DNA from: Planctomycetota bacterium
Lineage (GTDB): Bacteria > Planctomycetota > Planctomycetia > Pirellulales > UBA1268
NCBI GenBank assembly: GCA_003669255.1
Contig: QWPO01000028.1
Coordinates: 1-32,959, forward strand
Length of the DNA stretch: 32,959 nt
Direction: 5' to 3'
The notes beneath the pieces were generated by a model, which saw nothing but the letters and a program-made list of their open reading frames with translations, had not been told where the DNA came from and made no database searches. This document shows positions 1 through 7,275 of this stretch, piece after piece; the stretch's first letter is position 1, and every line of letters starts with the position of its first letter. The position numbers were made by a program, and so were the translations under genes.

Positions 1-1
1 C

Positions 2-523
2 ATGCGTCCCCGGGAGACCGGCCCAGTCCGTGGCGACGCCACGCGGACCGACAGGCCCGCGGAGTCCAAGGAAGGCGACGACGCAGCCGGCAGCGAAGGC
101 CGTGGCCGCCGGCGCCGGCGGCGGCGTGGCGGCGAGGGACGGTCGCGAAGCGACCGTGAATCCTCGTCTTCGTCATCATCATCGAGCCGTGATTCGGGCC
201 AGCCACGCCAGCGAAGCCGGAGTGGCCGGCGGTCGTCCGGAGAATCTCGGTCGTCCTCTTTCTCGCGGGGCCGCCGCGATGACTTCGCACCGGTCGCCGG
301 CCGTCACGAAGACGATGACGAGGGCCTTGAGTTCCTCGGGGTCGAGGAGGCTGGCCAGGAGTCGCAGCGCCGTCAGCGGGCCGCCGAGGACGAAGACATC
401 CTCGTCGAAAGCGGCCTCAACACGGTGCTCGACGTGCCCAGCTGGGTCGAGGCGATCGGGATCGTGATCGCCGGCAACCTCGACGCCCGCAACAAGGGCC
501 GCAGCGGCGACCGCAGCCGCTAG
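2..523 (+). CDS. Hypothetical protein, probably 5'-truncated by the window; Arg/Ser/acidic low-complexity region with a short hydrophobic C-terminal motif
   Basis: Open frame from the window start to TAG at 521-523; poly-Arg (GRGRRRRRRRGG), poly-Ser and acidic tracts; ends LDVPSWVEAIGIVIAGNLDAR; converges on the next gene with a 13-nt gap. Confidence 0.7.
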   Translation: MRPRETGPVRGDATRTDRPAESKEGDDAAGSEGRGRRRRRRRGGEGRSRSDRESSSSSSSSSRDSGQPRQRSRSGRRSSGESRSSSFSRGRRDDFAPVAGRHEDDDEGLEFLGVEEAGQESQRRQRAAEDEDILVESGLNTVLDVPSWVEAIGIVIAGNLDARNKGRSGDRSR

Positions 524-536
524 AGCGACACGTCGA

Positions 537-1280
537 TTACTTCAGCGAGATCGTCCGGGCCAGCGGCCGGAGGATCTGCTCGACGACGCAGGAGTCGACC
601 ACCTCGCGGCCGAGTTGGGCCAGCCGATCCATCGCGTCGACGTAGCTGGTATCCGGGTCGAGGCTGCCGTACTGCCGGGCCGTCACGTACACGCTCAGCT
701 GCTCCTCGTTGAACTCCCCGGTCCGCACCTGGAAGGCGTTGGTCCGTGTCTCGGTGCTCACCCGCACCTGAATGCGGCAGTCCTCCTCGATGGCGATCGT
801 GAGCGACGGCTCGTAGTTGATCACTCGCGCCCCGGGGGCGTCGCCGAGCCGTTCCAGGGCCGGCCCCACTCCGAGGGCCTCGGCAAGGAGGGCGTTGTGG
901 TTACCGCGATAGGCGAAATCGAAGCCGAAGAGCACGTCGAGAGCCTCACACTCAAGCGGGCTCACCGAGAGGAACGCCGGGGCGAGATCGAGCACCAGAC
1001 GGTGCTGCTCGAGGGCATCGTCGATCGATGACGGATTGACCTGGCCGGAGCAAAGCCGCTTGGCCTCGACCGCGGCCCAGCGGTAGCGCCCCTGGTCCTT
1101 GTCCTCCTCGAGCACGTAGTCGCGCTTGTCGCGGCAGTAGAACTTCCGCATCGACGGAAAACGCTTCTGCACCCGCTCGAAGTACTGGAGGATCGTCTCC
1201 CTCTGGGCCGGGAGTTCGATCTCCGTGGCCAGGTTCATGTTGACGTAGAAGTCGTCGGCGAGCGACGCGTAGGGCGTCAT
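537..1280 (-). CDS. Hypothetical protein (247 aa, globular, soluble)
   Basis: ATG at 1280 to TAA at 537; normal globular composition and GC3-biased codons; extended -10-like element upstream. No family recognised with confidence. Confidence 0.85.
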   Translation of the reverse strand: MTPYASLADDFYVNMNLATEIELPAQRETILQYFERVQKRFPSMRKFYCRDKRDYVLEEDKDQGRYRWAAVEAKRLCSGQVNPSSIDDALEQHRLVLDLAPAFLSVSPLECEALDVLFGFDFAYRGNHNALLAEALGVGPALERLGDAPGARVINYEPSLTIAIEEDCRIQVRVSTETRTNAFQVRTGEFNEEQLSVYVTARQYGSLDPDTSYVDAMDRLAQLGREVVDSCVVEQILRPLARTISLK

Positions 1281-1323
1281 GTCCTGGAGGAACTCCCGAG
1301 GAAAAAGGGGCGGGGAACTCGCG

Positions 1324-1332
1324 AGTATAGCA
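1324..1332 (-). promoter_or_regulatory. Extended -10 element (TGcTATACT) for the 537-1280 gene
   Basis: Minus strand reads TGCTATACT about 45 nt upstream of the ATG; no good -35. Confidence 0.45.
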
Positions 1333-1393
1333 AGGCGGGGCCGGCATCTCGCCCCGGGACGTCCGCTGGGACCAAGGCCCGGATGCCCACGAC

Positions 1394-1422
1394 TGGAAAC
1401 CTTCCCCGATGATCGTCATAAT
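1394..1422 (+). promoter_or_regulatory. Sigma70-like promoter TGGAAA-N17-CATAAT
   Basis: tggaaa 1394-1399, 17-nt spacer, cataat 1417-1422, upstream of ATG 1496. Confidence 0.45.
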
Positions 1423-1495
1423 CCGGAGCGACGGGGGGAGTTCGGAAGGACCCTCCGTCCTTCTGCGCTCCGCCCGCGTGCAAGAGCGCCCAGCC

Positions 1496-1699
1496 ATGGC
1501 TTCGAACTCCGGAGCAGCCAGCATTCCCGACGAGCGGCTGTCGATCGAACAGCGGCACGACGGCGCCATTCTGGTCCGCGTGAAGTCGGAGGGCACCGAG
1601 GGCTCGCGACTCCCCGACGCTGTGTTCTCGTTTCGCTGCGGCGACCCCCAGTATTCCTACTGGCTCGCTCGCCTCAAGACGGCCGACGGCAGTCGCTGA
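1496..1699 (+). CDS. Small hypothetical protein (67 aa)
   Basis: ATG 1496 within ORF 1409-1699; MASNSG...LPDAVFSFRCGDPQYSYWL looks like a folded small protein; upstream promoter and a downstream REP between convergent genes. Confidence 0.65.
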   Translation: MASNSGAASIPDERLSIEQRHDGAILVRVKSEGTEGSRLPDAVFSFRCGDPQYSYWLARLKTADGSR

Positions 1700-1758
1700 A
1701 CGCCGCTCACAGGCCCTCGGTTTGATCCTCACGCGTTCAAGAGGCTCGTGGCCTTCTC

Positions 1759-1781
1759 GTAGCACAGGTTTTCAACCTGTG
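1759..1781 (+). repeat. GTAG-type REP palindrome, single copy
   Basis: GTAG-cacaggtt-ttc-aacctgtg; same family as copies at 5499, 14158 and 27450. Confidence 0.85.
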
Positions 1782-1799
1782 TGTCTTGGTTGAGCCCTA

Positions 1800-3194
1800 T
1801 CAGTCGTCGCGCGAACTGGCGATCAGCGAGATGAACTCGCGGTTGCTCTTGAACTTCGCGAGCTGCTTCGTGAGTTGCTCCATCGCATCCACGTGGTGCA
1901 TGCTCGACAGCGTTCGCCGCAGCATGTTGACCGCGTGGAGCGTGTTGGGATCGAGCAGCTTCTCCTCGCGACGTGTTCCTGACTGCGAGATGTCGATGGC
2001 AGGCCAGACACGGCGGTCGGAGAGTTTCCGGTCGAGCACGAGCTCCATGTTGCCGGTGCCCTTGAACTCCTGAAAAATCAACTCGTCCATGCGGCTGCCG
2101 GTATCGATGAGGGCGGTGGCCACGATCGTCAGCGAGCCCCCCTCCTCAAACACGCGGGCCGTGGCGAAGAGCTTCTTGGGAATATCGAGGGCCTTGATGT
2201 CGACGCCGCCCGACATCGTCCGGCCGGTGTTGCCGACCCACTTGTTGAAGGCCCGGGCCATGCGGGTGATCGAGTCCATCAACAGGAACACGTCCTTGCC
2301 GGTCTCGGCCATCCGCTTGCAACGCTCGACGACGAGTTGCGAGAGCCGCACGTGGCTCTCCACGTCGCAGTCGAGGCTGCTGGCGAGCACATCACCCTTC
2401 ACCGACCGCTTCATGTCGGTGACCTCCTCGGGCCGCTCGTCGACAAGCAGCATCACGAGGCTGAGTTCCGGGTGGTTGGTGGAGATGGCCTGCGAGACCT
2501 GCTGAAGGAGCACGGTCTTGCCCGTCCGCGGTGGCGCAACGATCAGGGCCCGCTGCCCCTTGCCGAGGGGCGTGAGGATATCCATCACCCGCGTGGTGAT
2601 CGGCTGCTGTCCCGTCTCGAGACGTAGCCACGTCTCGGGATTGATCGGCGTGAGCTGGTCGAACGCCTTGACGTTGATGTAGTCGTCGGGAGGCATGCCC
2701 TCGACCGACTCGATTTCGCGAACCCGCGGTCCCTGCTGCCGCCTGCCGGGCTGGACGAGAGCCTTGAGGTACACGCCCTCGCGAAGGCGATACCGGTCGA
2801 TCATCGTGGCCGGCACGAAGGGATCGGTGCGTTCCCGCGTGTAGTTGGTCTCCACGCTGCGGAGGAATCCGTAGCCGTTGGGGTGCATCTCCAGCACGCC
2901 CACACCCGGCTCCAGCGGGATCGGCTCGCCGTTTTCAGCGACCTCCGGCTCCAGCTCCGGCGGCCTCATGCCCTCGCTGTCCATGTCCACGGCCCCGGCT
3001 CCGGCCTGCGGCGGGCCACCACCGCCACCACCGCCACCGCCGCCGCCACGGCGAAATCGGCGACGACGGCCGTAGCCGCCGCCTTGGTATCCCTGACCGG
3101 GGCCCTGCCCCGGACCCGGCCCAGGCCCCTGACCGGGGCCCTGTCCCTGACCACCGTACCCACCGGGACGCCGCGAACGCCTGCGCTTCGACAT
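1800..3194 (-). CDS. rho: Transcription termination factor Rho with a Gly/Arg/Gln/Pro-rich N-terminal extension
   Basis: GVLEMHPNGYGFLR (RNA-binding domain), GKGQRALIVAPPRTGKT (P-loop), LLVDERPEEVTDM, MDSITRMARAFN, TALIDTGSRMDELIFQEFKGTGNMEL, SGTRREE. Start placed at ATG 3194 (MSKRRRSRR). Confidence 0.97.
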   Translation of the reverse strand: MSKRRRSRRPGGYGGQGQGPGQGPGPGPGQGPGQGYQGGGYGRRRRFRRGGGGGGGGGGGPPQAGAGAVDMDSEGMRPPELEPEVAENGEPIPLEPGVGVLEMHPNGYGFLRSVETNYTRERTDPFVPATMIDRYRLREGVYLKALVQPGRRQQGPRVREIESVEGMPPDDYINVKAFDQLTPINPETWLRLETGQQPITTRVMDILTPLGKGQRALIVAPPRTGKTVLLQQVSQAISTNHPELSLVMLLVDERPEEVTDMKRSVKGDVLASSLDCDVESHVRLSQLVVERCKRMAETGKDVFLLMDSITRMARAFNKWVGNTGRTMSGGVDIKALDIPKKLFATARVFEEGGSLTIVATALIDTGSRMDELIFQEFKGTGNMELVLDRKLSDRRVWPAIDISQSGTRREEKLLDPNTLHAVNMLRRTLSSMHHVDAMEQLTKQLAKFKSNREFISLIASSRDD

Positions 3195-3578
3195 GGATGC
3201 TGAAAACCCCTGAACTGGAATCTGATCTGAAATCCGAACCGGAAACCGCCCTGAAATGCTGGTCACTCGGAAAGCGTGAACACCGTCTGGCTCAACCTGG
3301 CTGCTTTCGCACGGACGTGGGCGTCACCGCCCGAATCCTGAGACGGACTTTCCGCGGACGACCGTGGAAAATCCTCGAAAACGAAGCCGTCGTAACGACG
3401 GCATCCGAAACGATGCCGCGACCTCTGACCCGGGGCTCTTAGGAAACCCCAATGGGAAGACCCCTCGCGGAGTCCTGACTCCCTGGCCGCGACCCGTCTC
3501 ACAAGCTGTTGAGACGAAGCCCTGCGACAAGCCTCCGGAAGGCTCAAAGCTCGTTCCGGAATCGTCAGTCACGACGAC
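3195..3578 (-). promoter_or_regulatory. Long structured 5' leader of rho (putative cis-regulatory RNA)
   Basis: Lies between the promoter at 3585-3613 and the rho ATG; hairpins at 3534-3560, 3495-3516, 3469-3482, 3400-3417, 3386-3402 and 3319-3332; no credible ORF. Confidence 0.55.
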
Positions 3579-3584
3579 TTGCGA

Positions 3585-3613
3585 AGTATCCGTGGGAGCT
3601 GCATATCTGTCAA
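3585..3613 (-). promoter_or_regulatory. Sigma70 promoter TTGACA-N17-GATACT upstream of rho
   Basis: Perfect -35 TTGACA (3613-3608), 17-nt spacer, -10 GATACT (3590-3585). Confidence 0.7.
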
Positions 3614-3899
3614 GCAGGGGGACCAACAGGACACCTGCCGGGGCGTCGCGAAAAACCCGATAAAATACGCATGAATAGGTGTTTTCGCCCCGGAGAACTG
3701 GGGGGGCTGGGAGGCCCGTCACGAGCCTTGTTTTCGAGTGCTGGCTGCCGCTGGCGATTTCGATGCGATTCCTGCATCCGGATCAACCGATACCAGACGC
3801 AGGGTTTTCCCGATCGGCAGGCTGCCCAAGCCTCCGGGCAATGGTGGCCGGAGTCAGGGGCGACGCCGCGACCGGATTCTCGATCACGGGGCCAGAGCG

Positions 3900-5474
3900 A
3901 TGGGTGGGGCAACAACAACAGGTCGGTGGTCAGCTGTGTCGCATGCGGCGACGACTCGTACGGTCGGCGTGCTGGTCTTCGCGCTCTTTTCCGTTCCCGC
4001 ATGGGCGGGCATGACGTGGCATGAGGATCTCGCTGCGGCCCAGACCGCATCCGCCGCGAGCCGTAAGCCTGTCCTCGCCGTGTTCACCGCGTCGTGGAGT
4101 CCGGAATCGACCGCGTTTGAGCAGCAGGTTCTGGTTGCCAACGAAGTCGAGGCCGTGCTGGCGGCGTGCTTCGAGCCGATCCGCATCGATGTCGATCAGC
4201 GGCCCGGCCTCACCAAGCGACTCGAGGTGGCGCACGTGCCATCGGCATGCGTGCTCGGCGAGGGCAATGCGGTCCTCGCACGATTCGACTGCCCGTCGAC
4301 ATCACCCGGTTTCGTGGCGATCGCGGCACGCACCGCCCAGGAAGCCGCGTCCTGCGCCGCCGCCAAGCAGCCGACCGGCGACGCCTCGGCCGTGGCATGG
4401 AGCGTGGCCTCCGACGACCGCTCCGCCGCTGAGCGGGCGGCCGCCGACTTCCCCGCAACACCTGGCGATGGCAGCCCGCTGACGGAATCAGCCGCTCCGA
4501 CGGCGTTGGGGCGTGGCTCGATCTCACTCGTGACGGCGAAAGTTCGGCAGCTCTCCAGCTTTGCGACCGGAACCTCGCGTTCCGTGGGCAGCGGCGCGCC
4601 GCAGCCGCCTTCGTCGCCCGCCATCGCTACCAGCGAGCCGCCGCCGAGCCGCTTTGTATCGTCCACTCCTAACGATCAGCCGACGCTCCCGCAGTCCGCG
4701 CCTCCGTCGTGGCCCGCCGAGCCGGCCAGCCGGGACTCCGCCTTCGCCAACGCCCCGCAGCAGCCTGCGGCTGCCCAAACGATCGAACCTCATCCAGCCG
4801 CAACGCCGTGGCTGTCCGGTTCTGCGTCGGCGGGTGCCTTGCCGCCATCGGGCCCCGAGTCGTCGGCCGTCGCCGCGGATCCGTCCGAGAACACAAAGCC
4901 AACGAGCACGTGGTCGTCGTTCGTGACCGCATTTCAGAAGCCGTTCAGCATCTTCTCGAAGCCGTCCAAGCCCGCAGAGCCGCCGACGATGCCGCCCGCG
5001 CGGCCCACGTCGCCGCTCGCCGCGACGCCCTCGACAACGGCTTCGGCCGCCGCCTCGCTCGCGGACGCGGCTCCGGTAGGCCCCGATCCTCACGGCTCGA
5101 TGCCGCTGGGGCTCGAGGGCTACTGCCCCGTGACGCTCGCCGAGAAGGGCGTCTGGACGGAAGGCCGCGCCCAGTGGGGTGTTAGGCACCGCGGTCGCAC
5201 GTACCTGTTCGCCGGCCCTGAACAGCAGCAAGCGTTCCTGGCCTCGCCCGACCGCTACTCTCCGGCCCTCTCCGGCGACGACCCTGTGGCCGTCGTTGAT
5301 CAGGGCAAGAGCCTGCCGGGCCGACGGGCGTACGGTGTGACCTATCAATCGCGGATGTATCTCTTCTCTTCTTCGGAGACGCGGGCCCAGTTCGCCGCCA
5401 ATCCGGAGCGATACACCGCCCCCGTGACGCTCGCCGAGCGGCCGGCACCCGTCGACGCCACTCGGCGGTACTAA
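3900..5474 (+). CDS. Secreted thioredoxin-fold protein with Pro/Ser/Ala linker and two C-terminal YHS-type domains
   Basis: Signal-like VGVLVFALFSVPAWA; Trx-like WHEDLAAAQ..KPVLAVFTASWSPES..IDVD..HVP; YHS-like GLEGYCPV..GRTYLFAGPEQQQAFLASPDRY and GDDPV..RMYLFSSSETRAQFAANPERY. Start uncertain. Confidence 0.8.
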   Translation: MGGATTTGRWSAVSHAATTRTVGVLVFALFSVPAWAGMTWHEDLAAAQTASAASRKPVLAVFTASWSPESTAFEQQVLVANEVEAVLAACFEPIRIDVDQRPGLTKRLEVAHVPSACVLGEGNAVLARFDCPSTSPGFVAIAARTAQEAASCAAAKQPTGDASAVAWSVASDDRSAAERAAADFPATPGDGSPLTESAAPTALGRGSISLVTAKVRQLSSFATGTSRSVGSGAPQPPSSPAIATSEPPPSRFVSSTPNDQPTLPQSAPPSWPAEPASRDSAFANAPQQPAAAQTIEPHPAATPWLSGSASAGALPPSGPESSAVAADPSENTKPTSTWSSFVTAFQKPFSIFSKPSKPAEPPTMPPARPTSPLAATPSTTASAAASLADAAPVGPDPHGSMPLGLEGYCPVTLAEKGVWTEGRAQWGVRHRGRTYLFAGPEQQQAFLASPDRYSPALSGDDPVAVVDQGKSLPGRRAYGVTYQSRMYLFSSSETRAQFAANPERYTAPVTLAERPAPVDATRRY

Positions 5475-5498
5475 GATCACCGCAGGGCGTGCTCTCCG

Positions 5499-5652
5499 GT
5501 AGCACAGGTTCGCAACCTGTGCCGTTTTCTGAGCAGGTTAACAACCTGCTCTACATTTCCCCACGTAGCACAGGTTGGCAACCTGTGCCGTTTTCGAGCA
5601 GGTTAACAACCTGCTCTACGTGCCTCCCCGTAGCGCAGGTTTTCAACCTGCG
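5499..5652. repeat. Cluster of five REP palindromes (two inverted doublets plus one single; BIME/REPIN-like)
   Basis: Copies at 5499-5522 (+), 5531-5554 (-), 5565-5588 (+), 5596-5619 (-), 5630-5652 (+); each GTAG plus a CAGGTT-N3-AACCTG palindrome; between convergent genes. Confidence 0.9.
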
Positions 5653-5668
5653 GCTCCTCACGCGGCGG

Positions 5669-7270
5669 TCAGCGAGCCCGCGCCCAGCCTTTGCTCCGCT
5701 CCACCGCGTCACGCCAGGTGGCGAGCATCCGCCGTCGCTCCTCGGCGGTGATCCGAGGCTCAAACCGCCGCTCCACGCGGCGGGCATCGGCCACGGCCGT
5801 CGCGTCGGCGAAGAATCCTGCTGCCAGGCCCGCCAACAGTGCCGCGCCGAGCGCCGTCGTCTCCACCACCGCCGGACGCTCCACCACGAGCCCGATCACA
5901 TCGGCCTGGACCTGCATGAGGAGGTCGTTGCCGCTGGCCCCACCGTCCACCCGCAGATGGCGGAGCGCGACCCCCGAATCCCGCTGCATGCACTCCACCA
6001 CATCGGCCACCGACAGTGCGATGGCCTCGAGCGCCGCCCGGGCGACGTGGCCACGGCTCGTGCCCCGCGACAGGCCGATGATCAGGCCCCGCGCCGCGGG
6101 ATCCCAATAGGGTGCGCCAAGTCCAGTGAGCGCCGGCACGATCGTCACGCCGCCGTTGTCGGCCACGCTCGTCGCGAGCAGCTCCACGTCGGCGGCCTTC
6201 TCGATCAGGCCGAGGCCGTCGCGGAGCCAGCCCACGAGCGCTCCCGCGATGAACACCGATCCCTCCAGGCAGTAGTGCGGCCCGGGCGGTGACCCGCATC
6301 CGGGTGTCGTCAACAATCCGCTGTCGCTCACCACCGGCCGGTCGCCGGTCGAGAACATCAGAAACGCCCCCGTGCCGTAGGTGTTCTTTGCGTCGCCGGG
6401 CCGCTCGACCCCCTGCCCGAAGGCTGCGGCCTGCTGGTCGCCGGCGCAGCCCAGGATCGGCACGGCCGCGCCGAAGAGTGCCGGCTCGGTCTCCCCGAAC
6501 CAACCGCTCGACGGCCGGACCTCGGGCAGCATGCACCGCGGCACGCCGAAGATGCGGCAGAGGTCGTCGCTCCAGGCAAGCGTGCCGATGTCGAAGAGCA
6601 GCGTGCGGCTGGCGTTGGTGACGTCGGTGGCGTGCACGCGGCCGCCGGTGAGCCGCCAGATCAGAAACGAGTCGACGGTGCCGAAGAGCACCTCGCCCCG
6701 CTCGCACCGCCCACGCAGACCGGGAATCGTCTCCAGCAGGTGCACGATCTTCGTCGCGGAGAAGTAGGGGTCGAGCACGAGGCCCGTCCGCCGCCGCACC
6801 TCTAGCTCGACGCCCGCGGCCTTCAGCCGTGTGCAGATCGGCGCCGACACGCGGCTCTGCCAGACGATCGCCGGCGCGACCGGCTTTCCCGTCTCCTTCT
6901 CCCAGAGGATCGTCGTCTCCCGCTGGTTGGTGATCCCGATCGCGGCCACGTGGTCGGCGGCAACGCCGGCCGACTCGAGCACCCGCCGCGCGCACGAGAG
7001 CTGCGTCCGCCAGATGTCCTCAGGGTCGTGCTCGACGATCCCGAGGTCGGCGCCGTCTGGCCCCGCCTCGCTGCGGGCGTGCTGCGGAAACTCCTCCTGG
7101 GCCACCGCGACCGGTGTGCCCCGCTGATCGAAGAGGATCGCACGGCTCGAGGTGGTGCCTTGGTCGAGTGCGAGCACGCAGGTGGCCGAGGGCCGCGATG
7201 GCAAGGTCGAGATCTCCGTGATGGGCGAAGGACGTGGGGGCCGAGTATCCTCGACAACGTCCCTGGACAC
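5669..7270 (-). CDS. glpK: Glycerol kinase
   Basis: LALDQGTTSSRA, VEHDP, GITNQRETT, LDPYFSATK, TDVTNASRTLLF, GDQQAA, KNTYGTGAF, LEGSVFIAG, GLGAPYW, VDGGA, ETTALGAA. Exact start uncertain. Confidence 0.95.
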   Translation of the reverse strand: MSRDVVEDTRPPRPSPITEISTLPSRPSATCVLALDQGTTSSRAILFDQRGTPVAVAQEEFPQHARSEAGPDGADLGIVEHDPEDIWRTQLSCARRVLESAGVAADHVAAIGITNQRETTILWEKETGKPVAPAIVWQSRVSAPICTRLKAAGVELEVRRRTGLVLDPYFSATKIVHLLETIPGLRGRCERGEVLFGTVDSFLIWRLTGGRVHATDVTNASRTLLFDIGTLAWSDDLCRIFGVPRCMLPEVRPSSGWFGETEPALFGAAVPILGCAGDQQAAAFGQGVERPGDAKNTYGTGAFLMFSTGDRPVVSDSGLLTTPGCGSPPGPHYCLEGSVFIAGALVGWLRDGLGLIEKAADVELLATSVADNGGVTIVPALTGLGAPYWDPAARGLIIGLSRGTSRGHVARAALEAIALSVADVVECMQRDSGVALRHLRVDGGASGNDLLMQVQADVIGLVVERPAVVETTALGAALLAGLAAGFFADATAVADARRVERRFEPRITAEERRRMLATWRDAVERSKGWARAR

Positions 7271-7275
7271 GAGCC

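Noticed and set aside
3344-3355. RNase P RNA (minus strand GCGGAAAGTCCG resembles the GAGGAAAGUCC P4 motif)
   Set aside because: Only about 150 nt remain before the rho ATG, and neither the 3' P4 strand nor the other universal motifs are visible.
5499-5652. CRISPR array or coding sequence (ORFs 5489-6292, 5551-5787)
   Set aside because: Units alternate in orientation with 7-10-nt gaps; the ORFs only read through REP repeats and antisense glpK.
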